Source of the DNA: Nitrospinales bacterium
Lineage (GTDB): Bacteria; Nitrospinota; Nitrospinia; Nitrospinales; VA-1
Length of the DNA stretch: 64,000 nt
Direction: 5' to 3'
NCBI GenBank assembly: GCA_965262115.1
Contig: OZ253496.1
Location: forward strand, 2,560,001 to 2,624,000
The position numbers were made by a program, and so were the translations under genes. A model generated the notes under the pieces. The model made no database searches and was not told the DNA's origin. It saw only the letters and a program-made list of their open reading frames with translations. Below, piece after piece: positions 42,000 to 51,969 of the stretch. The stretch's first letter is position 1, and every line of letters starts with the position of its first letter.

Positions 42000-42437
42000 T
42001 TATCGGGTGACTTGCTTGTTCATGGATTCGAGCCGGTTCACCAGAATCTCGATTAATTTATCTTTTAATTTGGTGGGAATTGCTGGCTTGAGTTCGTCTA
42101 TATTTTGGTATCGATCTTTAGTGCGATGACGTCTCCATCGGCGATGACGCTGGTGGTTCGAGTCCGTTTGGCAATGCAGGCGATCTCCCCGAATATGGCA
42201 CTCGCCTTGAGTTTGGTGATGGCCACTTCCTTAGGGTTACTTTGGGTTATGGCCACCACCCCTTTGAGGAGTACGAAAAAAGAAAAATCCATATCCCCCC
42301 TCCCTGATGATTACATCGGAAGGCAGGTATTTATAAATCTGGTTTTCCAGTGTACTGAGAAAATGTTTTTCTTCCCGGGTAAACCCGGAAAAAAATGAAA
42401 GTTGGTCAATCAGTTCAAATGCTTGTTCTTCGTCCAT
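42000..42437 (-). pseudogene. cyclic nucleotide-binding domain protein, two frameshifts
   Basis: VIIREG / FGEIA..RTTSVIA / KLIEILVNRL in three segments. Confidence 0.7.
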
Positions 42438-42617
42438 ATGGGTGGGGCTAAAAGTGAAAGGTCAGTCTCTATTGTAACGGAAATCAGGTGTTTAAGCAAA
42501 ATGATCGATGGTTTTACCCTTTTGGGGCTTGTGAGAAAAGGTAGGAAATTACAAAAGGAATAATGCCGTCACGGCAAATTAGGATCAATGAACCTCCCCC
42601 AGCCCCTCCTTGTCAGG

Positions 42618-42799
42618 AAGACCTTTGCATAACCATAGACTCTCATTGATCCTCCCCTCTCATGAGGGGAGGCAAGGCGTAGCTGCGGAGGGGTGTGGAT
42701 TGTTTTTGACGGAATTCATAATCCAACCCTCCCCTGGCCCCTCCCTATGAAGGGAGGGGAAATTTCTGCTTCCGCATTTTTGACTTACGCAAAGCTCGC
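42618..42799. mobile_element. MITE copy 3 with different (CCCCTCC/GGAGGGG hairpin) cargo
   Basis: AAGACCTTTGCATAA / TTACGCAAAGCTCGC; 9-bp duplication CTTGTCAGG. Confidence 0.8.
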
Positions 42800-42873
42800 C
42801 TTGTCAGGAGGGGAGTTGTTTTTAGCGGCTCGCGAAGGGACAACCGAGCGTCTGCCGTAAGCTGGGCCCAGCG

Positions 42874-44382
42874 TTACGCTGGGCCCAGCCATCGGAGTTT
42901 GGGGTTGCGGGCGGCCTGGGCTTCGTCTGGACGCGACACTTTTGACAGCCTTGGCGAGGCATGAAAGCTTTCAGGATCTTCCTTGCCTTTTTTGGCGATG
43001 GACTTCATAGCCTCGATGAAATCGTCGAGCGTCTCTTTCGATTCTGTTTCGGTCGGTTCGATCATCAATGCCCCTTTGACAATCAACGGAAAATAAACCG
43101 TCGGTGGATGAAAGCCGTAGTCGATGAGCGCCTTGGCAAAATCCATCGTGGTGATGCCTTGTCCTTTGTCGTTGAAAACGCATTCATGCAGGCTGGCTCC
43201 GGTGAAGGGCAGGTGGAACGTGTCCTTCAGTCGGGCGCGAATATAGTTGGCGTTCAGCACAGCGGATTGCGCCGCTTGCCGGATGCCTTCGGGTCCAAGT
43301 GTGCGGATGTAGGCATAGGCGCGTAACAACATGCCGAAATTACCGTTGAACGATTTCAGTCTTCCGACGCTTTCGGGTCGGTCCGCATTAAGCCGATATT
43401 TTGATCCGACTTTCTCCACCACTGGCGCAGGCAGGTAGGGTTCGAGAATACCCTTGATGCATACCGGACCGGCGCCAGGTCCGCCGCCGCCATGCGGAGT
43501 CGAGAAAGTTTTGTGCAGGTTTATGTGGAGCACATCGATTCCCATATCTCCCATTTTAGCGATACCCATGATGGCGTTGAGATTGGCGCCATCGCAATAG
43601 ACCAGGCCGCCTTTTTTGTGGACGATCTCCGTGATTTTTAAAATATCCTTCTCGAACATTCCCAGCGTGTTGGGATTGGTCAGCATGATCGCCGCTGTTT
43701 CTTCATCCATTGCCACTTCGAGTTTTGCGACATCAATCGTCCCTTCGGCGTTGGACGGCAGTTGAATGGACTTGTATCCACATAACGTAGCGCTGGCCGG
43801 ATTGGTGCCGTGGGCCGAGTCGGGCAGTAACACTTTTTTTCTGGGGTTGCCTTTTGCCGAGTGACAGGCGTGGATCATCAGCATACCGGCGAACTCGCCC
43901 TGTGCTCCGGCGGCCGGGTGCAGGCTGGCGTGCTCCATGCCGCTGATGGTTTTCAGGCATTCCTGCAATTCATACATTAATTGAAGGCTTCCTTGCGAGT
44001 CTGCGTCCGGAGTCATTGGATGGTGCTGGGCGAAACCGGGTAACCGCGCCAGAGTTTCATTGATTTTTGGATTGTATTTCATGGTGCACGATCCCAATGG
44101 ATAAAAATTAGTGTCGATGCTGAAGTTCCATTGGGACAGCCGGGTGTAATGGCGAACCACATCGAGTTCCGTCAGTTCGGGAAGTTCATCAATGGCCTCG
44201 CGGATTTCTGCAGGCGGGAGGAGAGTCTCAATTTCCACTTCCGGCACATCACAGGAAGGCAGGGAATAGGCTTTTCGTCCCGGTGAGCCCATTTCAAAAA
44301 CGAGGGGTTCCTCAAAGATCAATCCGGGTGTTCCCGGAGTTTTTGATTCTTTCGACTCTTTCGATACTTGTGCCTGGCTCAT
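42874..44382 (-). CDS. gcvPB: glycine dehydrogenase (decarboxylating) subunit 2
   Basis: YPLGSCTMKYNP, SAHGTNPAS, NLHKTFSTPHGGGGPG. Confidence 0.97.
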   Translation of the reverse strand: MSQAQVSKESKESKTPGTPGLIFEEPLVFEMGSPGRKAYSLPSCDVPEVEIETLLPPAEIREAIDELPELTELDVVRHYTRLSQWNFSIDTNFYPLGSCTMKYNPKINETLARLPGFAQHHPMTPDADSQGSLQLMYELQECLKTISGMEHASLHPAAGAQGEFAGMLMIHACHSAKGNPRKKVLLPDSAHGTNPASATLCGYKSIQLPSNAEGTIDVAKLEVAMDEETAAIMLTNPNTLGMFEKDILKITEIVHKKGGLVYCDGANLNAIMGIAKMGDMGIDVLHINLHKTFSTPHGGGGPGAGPVCIKGILEPYLPAPVVEKVGSKYRLNADRPESVGRLKSFNGNFGMLLRAYAYIRTLGPEGIRQAAQSAVLNANYIRARLKDTFHLPFTGASLHECVFNDKGQGITTMDFAKALIDYGFHPPTVYFPLIVKGALMIEPTETESKETLDDFIEAMKSIAKKGKEDPESFHASPRLSKVSRPDEAQAARNPKLRWLGPA

Positions 44383-44407
44383 GATTTTCCCTTTGTATAA
44401 GGAAAGG

Positions 44408-45514
44408 TTAATGGGTGTTCAACATTTTCAGCAGGATGTCGAGGACTGTGTCGGCAGACAGGGAGTCGTCGTCCCTTTCTTCCAGCACTACACTGGCTGA
44501 GTTAAGGGGCTCCCAACGTCTGATTTCCCCATGTTTAAAGATCACGCAGACCGGCTTGTCGACCGCCGAGGCGAGGTGCATGATGCCGGTGTGGTTGCAG
44601 AGTAAAACATCGCATTCCTGAATCAAAAGCGCAAGTTCTTTTGCGCTGAGCAGGGGAAGAAGTTGTGGTTTTTTCTGCATGCTGGCGATGGCGTTTTTAA
44701 GTTCGGCCTCTTCTCCGGGTCCGTTGACCATCCAGACCTGTGCTGATTCCAGCAGTTGTTCGATCACCGTCCTGAATTTCTCCCGCCGCCAGCCCCATTT
44801 TGCGATGCGGGTACTGGACTTGACCAGCAACACCGGCTGATCCGGTGAGGAGCGATACTCCCGGATGAGGTCTGCAACTTTTCGCGTCTCATCAGGATTA
44901 AAATAAAGCCGGGGCTGACTGGAAAGTTTCTCAATGCCCAGGGCTCGCAGAATTTCCAGATTGTTTTCGGTTTCGTGTCGTGGCGGACCTTGCACCGGCA
45001 CCCGGATGTTATGCGCCCAGGCGTTTTCCTGATGTTCGTAACCAATGCGTATTTTTGCGCCGGAACAAAGGCTGAAAAATGTGGCGGTGGCGCTGAATGT
45101 TTTGTTGAGAGTCAGTGTCAGGTCGAAATGTTCGTCTCTCAGTTGGCGAAAGACATTTAAAGGTTGTTTGGGGTTGAAGGCAAACACCCGATTTAAATTC
45201 GGGTTGTCAGCCAGAAGCTCTGACTGGGTGCTGTCCACCAGAACGCTGATCTGCAAATGCGGGAATTCTTTTTTTAAAGTTTCGTAAACCGGAGTGGAGA
45301 GCACGACATCGCCGAGCCTGTCGGGGCGTATGACTAAAACCGTATTGATGTTGCTGAAGTCCAGCGGCAGGTCTGGTGGACTGGGGGCCTTACCGGCGCA
45401 GGCGCCGACCAGCTTCCATAACAGTTGCTTGGCTTTTTTTTCAATTGTGTGCAGGGCTTGGTTGGCCATGGGTTGTGTGAGGTGCGGGAACTGTTGAGTG
45501 ACGCATTGACCCAT
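44408..45514 (-). CDS. glycosyltransferase family 9 (LPS heptosyltransferase-like)
   Basis: RPDRLGDVVLSTP; TGIMHLASA. Confidence 0.88.
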   Translation of the reverse strand: MGQCVTQQFPHLTQPMANQALHTIEKKAKQLLWKLVGACAGKAPSPPDLPLDFSNINTVLVIRPDRLGDVVLSTPVYETLKKEFPHLQISVLVDSTQSELLADNPNLNRVFAFNPKQPLNVFRQLRDEHFDLTLTLNKTFSATATFFSLCSGAKIRIGYEHQENAWAHNIRVPVQGPPRHETENNLEILRALGIEKLSSQPRLYFNPDETRKVADLIREYRSSPDQPVLLVKSSTRIAKWGWRREKFRTVIEQLLESAQVWMVNGPGEEAELKNAIASMQKKPQLLPLLSAKELALLIQECDVLLCNHTGIMHLASAVDKPVCVIFKHGEIRRWEPLNSASVVLEERDDDSLSADTVLDILLKMLNTH

Positions 45515-45538
45515 CGGGCAAAGATTGGGTCGATTACT

Positions 45539-45706
45539 TTATAGCGGCAGTGCTTCATCAATGAGCATGATGGGGATGTCACCTTTGATCGGATATTTCA
45601 AAGCGCAGGGCTTGCAATCCAGCCCGTCTTCTTTTTCTGCCAGTTCAAGGTCTCCCTTGCATTTGGGGCAGACCAGAATGTCCAGCAATTCCTTATCGAT
45701 TCCCAT
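45539..45706 (-). CDS. Trm112/YcaR family protein
   Basis: Manual: MGIDKELLDILVCPKCKGDL...YPIKGDIPIMLIDEA; AGGAG RBS. Confidence 0.9.
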   Translation of the reverse strand: MGIDKELLDILVCPKCKGDLELAEKEDGLDCKPCALKYPIKGDIPIMLIDEALPL

Positions 45707-45742
45707 GATCCTTCTCCTTTGACAATGAAACTTTTAAGGGTA

Positions 45743-46792
45743 TTATTTTTTTGTTTGTTGCTTTACGGCTTGGAACACTTCATCGACGGTCACTTGATCC
45801 ATGCATTCTTTAGTTCCCAGCGGACAGGTTTTTTTCCAGCAAAAACTGCATGGGAGCACTTTGTAAACCGTTTTGTGATTCACGCCATAAGCTCCGTTAC
45901 GCACCGGGTCGGTGGGGCCAAAGATGGAAACTGTGGGAATGCCTAACGCCGCGCCGAGGTGAAGCGGACCTGAATCACAGCTTACCAGCAGCGCCATCCG
46001 TTTGTACAGGGCAATAGATTCTAAAATAGAAGTGGGAGGGGCGATCCAGTTTTTTTGTTGCATATGGGCGGAGATTTGCTGGACTTTAGATTCTTCACCC
46101 GGCCCCCATGTCAGCATAATAGAACATCCCAACCCTTCTGAGATGCGGTCGGCCAGTTTGGCGAAGCGGACCAGCTCCCATTGTTTGCTTTCGAATCCCG
46201 CGCCCGGATTGATGCCTATGACCGGACGGGCGGTCAACTCCGGGTGCTGGTCAAAGAAGTGTGCTACTTTCTCGTTCATTTCGTCAGGAACCTGAAGCGG
46301 GAAGAGTTTGCTCTCCGCAACTTTGTCCAGCGCGGTTTGCAAAAGTGTGAGGTACATATCGACAACATGGAGTCCGCCTGCCATGTAGGGGCCTTTTTGG
46401 TTGGTGAACAGGGTGCTGAATTTTTCCTTGCAGTTATTCCGGTGGAATCCAACACGGGTTGGGGCGCCGCTCAATTTGGCGATGATGCCACTTTTGAGGA
46501 GCCCGTGCAGGTCGAAGACAAGATCAAATTTATGTCGGCGCAGAGTTTTGATTGTGTCCAGAATTTCTGCGAGCGATTTAGCGTTCCAGTTTTTGCGCCA
46601 CACTTTGCTGCGCAGGGGGATGACCTCATCGATATCGGGGTTGCCACGCAGGATATCCTGATAGCGTTCTTCCACCATCCAGGCGATATAGGAATCGGGC
46701 AGGGATTTTCTCAGTGTGGCGGCAACGGGAAGTGTGTGGACCACATCTCCCATAGCGCTGAATTTAAGAATCAGTATTTTGCGTGGGTTCAT
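45743..46792 (-). CDS. LPS heptosyltransferase (WaaC/WaaF-like)
   Basis: KFSAMGDVVH, DLHGLLKS, DSGPLHL, FGPT. Confidence 0.9.
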   Translation of the reverse strand: MNPRKILILKFSAMGDVVHTLPVAATLRKSLPDSYIAWMVEERYQDILRGNPDIDEVIPLRSKVWRKNWNAKSLAEILDTIKTLRRHKFDLVFDLHGLLKSGIIAKLSGAPTRVGFHRNNCKEKFSTLFTNQKGPYMAGGLHVVDMYLTLLQTALDKVAESKLFPLQVPDEMNEKVAHFFDQHPELTARPVIGINPGAGFESKQWELVRFAKLADRISEGLGCSIMLTWGPGEESKVQQISAHMQQKNWIAPPTSILESIALYKRMALLVSCDSGPLHLGAALGIPTVSIFGPTDPVRNGAYGVNHKTVYKVLPCSFCWKKTCPLGTKECMDQVTVDEVFQAVKQQTKK

Positions 46793-47351
46793 CGGTTTGT
46801 TTTTCCCCGGCAGGGCTGATGAGTTTTAAAAAACGTAAAAAGATTTGTTGGTATCCGAGGTAGCCCATCAAGCCGCCAAAGAGCGCTCCGGCAAGAACAT
46901 CGGATGGGTAGTGCACTTTCAGATAGACTCTTGAATAACAAACCAGCAGGGCAAAGACAAAAACCAGTGGGGTGATTTTACGAAAGCAAAGGCTGGCGAG
47001 GGTTGCGGCCGCGAAAATATTACCGGCATGGTTTGAGGGAAAAGAAAAACTGTTTGAGCAATTCACCACATTGATAAGGTCTGGTAAAACATTACAGGGT
47101 CTGGGGCGGGCGATCACTTCCTTAAGGATATAATGGCTGGTGGCATCGGTCAGGCCGATGGATGCGCCCATTGCCACTAGAAAGGCCAAACCATAACGTC
47201 TATAAAAAGCAAGAACCCCTACCACGCAGGCTATGCCAACATAGAAAAAATTTTCTTTAATGGAAATGAACAGCATGACTCGTCCCGCTATTGGGGATTG
47301 AAAATGCTGATTGATCCAGTAGAATACCGAAACGTCGAGATCGTATAAGAT
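46764..47351 (-). CDS. PAP2 phosphatase (start uncertain: ATC at 47351 or ATG at 47276)
   Basis: K..IARPRP, SFPSNHA, SRVYLKVHYPSD. Confidence 0.85.
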   Translation of the reverse strand: MLYDLDVSVFYWINQHFQSPIAGRVMLFISIKENFFYVGIACVVGVLAFYRRYGLAFLVAMGASIGLTDATSHYILKEVIARPRPCNVLPDLINVVNCSNSFSFPSNHAGNIFAAATLASLCFRKITPLVFVFALLVCYSRVYLKVHYPSDVLAGALFGGLMGYLGYQQIFLRFLKLISPAGEKQTDEPTQNTDS

Positions 47352-47516
47352 GGCGGTTCCTTATTGCGGGGATTGCGATACTTGGATTAATTTTATGGAG
47401 TTTGTGGGTTTGAGTCAAACGATTTGTCGTCCGTTGTCAGAGTGGACTGAGAAGATAGAAAATCTTTCTGACAGAAAATTTGAGTGCCATGCGTTATCTC
47501 CTCGCTGGAGTCGATG

Positions 47517-48200
47517 ATGGCGAAAACTCATGATAGCGCGTTGATCCTGTTTGCTCGCGATCCGGTTCTGGGTAAGGTGAAAACGAGGTTGTCTCCCTTT
47601 CTGCAAGAAGATGATATTCTCAAACTTTATACCTGCTTTCTTCAGGACAGTCTCGACAAGATTAGGCAAGTGGAAGACGTAGACCGCTTTGTGGGAGTCG
47701 TACCCTCGAACGAGTCCGGCTTTTTTAACGGAATGTCTGGTTCCAATATCCGCCTTTTTGTTCAGGAGGGCAAGGAGTTGGGCGATAAAATGCGCCGGGC
47801 CATTCAAGACCGATTTGCCGAAGGGTATAAGAGAGTGGTTATCATTGGTTCAGACAGCCCTTCGTTGCCGGTTCCTTATATCCGCCGAGCTCTGGGTTCC
47901 GATAAGGACATGGTTCTGGGGCCGAGCACCGATGGAGGCTACTACCTGATCGGCATGCGGGGAAAAGTGGTCGAGGTTTTCGATGGAGTGGCCTGGGGAA
48001 CAGAAGCAGTCTTGCGAGAAACGTGTGAACGCCTGCTGCGAAGCAGGGCAGATCTGGAGCTATTGCCGGTCTGGTACGATGTCGACAGCCCGGAAGATTT
48101 AAAATTTTTTAAATCCCATTTGGAACTCATTGAACAAGCCGGACTCGGAAAGTCCGGTGAGACAGGAAAACTGCTCGGTAAGATTTTGGCGTCCCACTAA
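47517..48200 (+). CDS. DUF2064/TIGR04282-like glycosyltransferase-fold protein
   Basis: GKVKTRL, IIGSDSP, LGPSTDGGYYLIG, WYDVD. Confidence 0.88.
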   Translation: MAKTHDSALILFARDPVLGKVKTRLSPFLQEDDILKLYTCFLQDSLDKIRQVEDVDRFVGVVPSNESGFFNGMSGSNIRLFVQEGKELGDKMRRAIQDRFAEGYKRVVIIGSDSPSLPVPYIRRALGSDKDMVLGPSTDGGYYLIGMRGKVVEVFDGVAWGTEAVLRETCERLLRSRADLELLPVWYDVDSPEDLKFFKSHLELIEQAGLGKSGETGKLLGKILASH

Positions 48201-48256
48201 AAATTATTTTGGACGTGCTCTTTATAGATTGGACGGAACCTAAACGGAACCCAATT

Positions 48257-49552
48257 ATGAAGCTTTGCAAATTTACAGATTCGGATTATCAGGCGGTGGT
48301 CGAGGCGTTGGAAAATCGTTCCGGCATGGATTTGTTCACCCACGATGAAACTGTTCGCAAGATATTGCAGGATGTGAAGGAGAGAGGCGATGCGGCCTTA
48401 TTGGAATACACGCACCGCTTTGACCGGCATAATCTTGAGCGGTTGCAAGTCACGCCGGATGAGATTCGGCGGGCCTATGACGGCGTGACTGAAGAAGAAC
48501 TCGCGGCATTGAAGGAAGCGGCAGAACGTATCCGCCGTTTTCACGAGCGTCAGAAGCAGGAATCCTGGCGTTATGAGGAAGAGGGCATCACTTTAGGCCA
48601 GATGGTGAGGCCGCTTGCCACCGCCGGGATCTACGTTCCGGGCGGCAAGGCGTCTTATCCTTCTTCGGTGCTTATGAATGCGATTCCGGCGAAAGTGGCG
48701 GGAGTGGATCGTGTGGTCATGTGCTCTCCGTTTCCCGATGGGCAAACTCGCCCGCATGTTCTGGTTGCGGCGGATATTGCCGGGGTCACGGAAATCTATA
48801 AGGTCGGTGGAGCTCAGGCGGTTGCCGCCATGGCTTTCGGCACCGCAACCCTGCCACGGGTGGACAAGATAGTCGGACCCGGTAATATATTTGTAGCGTT
48901 GGCCAAACGGCTGGTTTTTGGAATTGTGGATATCGACATGATAGCCGGTCCCAGTGAAATCCTGATTGTGGCCGATCACAGCGCAAACCCGGCTTATGTG
49001 GCGGCAGACCTGTTGTCGCAGGCTGAGCATGATGAAGAAGCAGTGCCAATTCTGGTGACCCCGGAGGAAGGCCTGGCCCGAGAGGTAATGGTGGAGTTGG
49101 AGAAGCAAAAGAGCTTACTCAGCCGTCAGTCTATTACGGAAGCTTCTTTAAATACCCAGTGCCGACTACTGGTGACGGAGTCTCTTGAGGCCGCGGTCGA
49201 TCTGGCCAATCGCCTGGCCCCGGAGCACCTGGAATTAGCCCTGGAAGACCCGGAACATTGGGCGGAAAAGATTCAGAACGCGGGAGCGGTATTTTTGGGG
49301 CATTACACGCCGGAGGCAGTCGGGGACTACCTGGCGGGTCCCAATCATGTATTGCCCACCAGTGGCACGGCCCGGTTTTCGTCGCCGCTCGGAGTGTATG
49401 ATTTCGTGAAACGGACCAGCTTGATTTCCTATTCCCGCACGGCTCTGGAAAAATGTGGCAAAACTTTAACATTATTGGCCGAAATGGAGGATTTGGGGGC
49501 GCATGCAAATTCGGTCAAAATGCGTATTGAGGGAGGCAAAAAAAACTCTTAA
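48257..49552 (+). CDS. hisD: histidinol dehydrogenase
   Basis: [28 protein letters not shown]. Confidence 0.97.
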   Translation: MKLCKFTDSDYQAVVEALENRSGMDLFTHDETVRKILQDVKERGDAALLEYTHRFDRHNLERLQVTPDEIRRAYDGVTEEELAALKEAAERIRRFHERQKQESWRYEEEGITLGQMVRPLATAGIYVPGGKASYPSSVLMNAIPAKVAGVDRVVMCSPFPDGQTRPHVLVAADIAGVTEIYKVGGAQAVAAMAFGTATLPRVDKIVGPGNIFVALAKRLVFGIVDIDMIAGPSEILIVADHSANPAYVAADLLSQAEHDEEAVPILVTPEEGLAREVMVELEKQKSLLSRQSITEASLNTQCRLLVTESLEAAVDLANRLAPEHLELALEDPEHWAEKIQNAGAVFLGHYTPEAVGDYLAGPNHVLPTSGTARFSSPLGVYDFVKRTSLISYSRTALEKCGKTLTLLAEMEDLGAHANSVKMRIEGGKKNS

Positions 49553-49591
49553 AGACACCATATTTTCAGGGCCCCAGGCCTCGATTTTGTC

Positions 49592-49620
49592 TTGACACTT
49601 CTGAAAGTCTGTGCTCTAAT
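49592..49620 (+). promoter_or_regulatory. sigma70-type promoter of the bd-like operon
   Basis: TTGACA-17-TCTAAT with TG extension. Confidence 0.55.
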
Positions 49621-49916
49621 CACCATCATTTTGGGAGATTTTGCGCCAAAAATGATGTGGCAAGATAGGGCTGGAAAACCCATGCAAAATAGCAAGTTAC
49701 GGGTTTTTGAGGGAATTCCGGGCCTCGCTCCGGTGAAGAGTTAGAGGCACATCCGGTGTTGTCACCGAGGCTGAAAAATTTGAGATTTTTTTGGGGAAAA
49801 TTAATTTAGATTCAACTCAATTTTAAAGAAGTGAGATTTATACATAATGAGTAGGTACCTTTTATAGTTTTGTATTACTAGCTACGGGTCCTGATCAGGT
49901 CCAAAAGGAGGTTAAC

Positions 49917-51890
49917 ATGTTGGGGAAAAACAAACTTAGCATAAAGGCGTTCTCATTGGGACTGCTACTGGCCATGGTCATGTACTTTGTTCCAGGCATG
50001 ACCAGTGATGCGATTGCCAAGGAAGTGTCTGCAGAGCAGGTTTTTGCTGAAGAGGCGTTCGCCAAAGAAGTTCAGGCGGAAGAGGCCGTTGACGGCGAAG
50101 GCGAGGCAGAAGTTGAGTGGAGCCAGGACGTATTCTATAAGGACTGGGAAGGTAGCCCGCTGAAAGGTCCTGTGAGTGGTTTTCCTGCTCCGGAACTGGG
50201 TCCGTCGGACTATAACAATTATGAGTTCGCTCCCAGCCGCATGCTTTTATGGGTTGCCAATCAGCAGCATCTTTATTTTGGTAGCTTTGTTCTGGCGGTT
50301 CCGATTTTTTGTATGCTCATCGAGTTTATTGGGGTTCGAACCAGGGAAGAGGATCCGGTTATGTCGGCCAAGTATGACCGGCTGGCGCATGACCTGATGA
50401 AGGTCAGCTTGACCGCTTATTCCTGGACAGCAATCCTCGGTGGTATTCTTCTTTTTACATTCATCACATTATTCCCGGGCTTCTTCAAGTATATGGCAGG
50501 CATTTTCCGTCCGGTTATGCATGTGTATGCACTGATGTTCCTGGCTGAGTCCGGCATTCTCTACGTCTACTACTACGGCTGGGACAGAATGAACGAAGAC
50601 AAGTTTCTGAAATGGATTCACTGTAGCCTTTCGGTTCTTCTCAACCTCGTCGGTACGGTTCTGATGTATCTGGCCAATTCCTGGGCGACCTTCATGCAGG
50701 CTCCCGGCGGAATTGACTCCGAAGGCCGTTTCCTGGGAAATATCTGGCACGTTATCCATTCCACTCTCTGGAACCCGGTCGGTGTTCACCGGATTCTCGG
50801 AAACATCGTGTTCGGAGGTGGAATCGTAGGCGCTTACGCCGCATACCATTACCTCACTGCTAAAAATGAGGAGGAGAAGGCGCATTACGACTGGGTATGT
50901 TATGTCGCCATGTTTATCTGTATCTTTGGTTTGATCCCGCTTCCTTTCGCGGGTTACTGGTTGATGAAGGAAGTGTATGCTTTCCGCCAGCAGATGGGTA
51001 TCACCCTGATGGGTGGCATCATGGCCTGGTTGTTCATCATTCAGGCGGTAATGATCGGGCTCCTGTTCTTCGCTGCTAATTCCTATTTGCATAATGGAAT
51101 GGCGCGGGTCAAGGGGTCGCACCGTTATATGAAATATTGTAAATATATGATTCTTATCTTGATCGTATGTTTCACCATGTGGATGACTCCGCATACCATC
51201 GTTATGACTCCGGCGGAGTTGAAGGCGATGGGTGGCGCGCAGCATCCCATTGTGGGCCATTTTGGGGTCATGTCGGCCAAGAACACAGCGGTGAACCTTA
51301 TGATCACCACTACGATTCTCTGCTTTTTGTTGTACCAGAGAGCCAATAAGAAGATTAACGTGCCTTGGGCCACAGTGGGCAACTGCTGGATCGCGGCTAT
51401 TTTTGTCGGCGCAGCTGCTAACATCATCTTCCTGGGCATTTATGGTTATTTCCTCCCTGCTAACCAACGGGTTGGGCTCTCCGTACCTCAGGTAACCACC
51501 ACGCTGACGACCCTTTTTGCGGGCACGGCGATCAATATCTCCATGTTTAAGGATTCTGAATCCTATGGGGATATTCAATGGGGTAGCCAGTCCAAGGTAG
51601 GAACTTACGCCATTTTCCTTCTGGCGATTTCCTTCACCTGGTTGATGGGTCTCATGGGTTACATCCGTTCTGCTGTTCGCTTGTTCTGGCACGTGACGGA
51701 GGTGGTTCGTGATAATTCTGTTGACGCTTATACGCTCACGATTGGTGAAGCGGGTAAGATGCTTACCTTCAACACTCTTTTTGTGTGGACACAATTCGTG
51801 GTCGTGTTCTGGGTAGGTAGTTTGACCGGTAAATCAGTCGAAGCAAAAGCTCCGGAGGGCGTTCCGGTACCGGCTCAACAACAGCAATAA
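49917..51890 (+). CDS. cytochrome bd-like oxidase subunit I (Nitrospira/Nitrospina-type)
   Basis: QQHLYFGSFVL, ANSWATFMQAP, VHRILGN, LMGYIRS; signal-like N-terminus; no CydB. Confidence 0.85.
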   Translation: MLGKNKLSIKAFSLGLLLAMVMYFVPGMTSDAIAKEVSAEQVFAEEAFAKEVQAEEAVDGEGEAEVEWSQDVFYKDWEGSPLKGPVSGFPAPELGPSDYNNYEFAPSRMLLWVANQQHLYFGSFVLAVPIFCMLIEFIGVRTREEDPVMSAKYDRLAHDLMKVSLTAYSWTAILGGILLFTFITLFPGFFKYMAGIFRPVMHVYALMFLAESGILYVYYYGWDRMNEDKFLKWIHCSLSVLLNLVGTVLMYLANSWATFMQAPGGIDSEGRFLGNIWHVIHSTLWNPVGVHRILGNIVFGGGIVGAYAAYHYLTAKNEEEKAHYDWVCYVAMFICIFGLIPLPFAGYWLMKEVYAFRQQMGITLMGGIMAWLFIIQAVMIGLLFFAANSYLHNGMARVKGSHRYMKYCKYMILILIVCFTMWMTPHTIVMTPAELKAMGGAQHPIVGHFGVMSAKNTAVNLMITTTILCFLLYQRANKKINVPWATVGNCWIAAIFVGAAANIIFLGIYGYFLPANQRVGLSVPQVTTTLTTLFAGTAINISMFKDSESYGDIQWGSQSKVGTYAIFLLAISFTWLMGLMGYIRSAVRLFWHVTEVVRDNSVDAYTLTIGEAGKMLTFNTLFVWTQFVVVFWVGSLTGKSVEAKAPEGVPVPAQQQQ

Positions 51891-51969
51891 CTGCTAACAA
51901 TTTGGCGGGGATCCCCTCCTTGGGCCCCCCCTAACCAATTAATCAGAGGATTCAGGAGGGAGAGGAGAA

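Noticed and set aside
50469..51794. Long antisense ORFs (also 54354-55502, 38433-39269, 25203-25961)
   Set aside because: Shadows of well-supported genes on the opposite strand with no motifs of their own.
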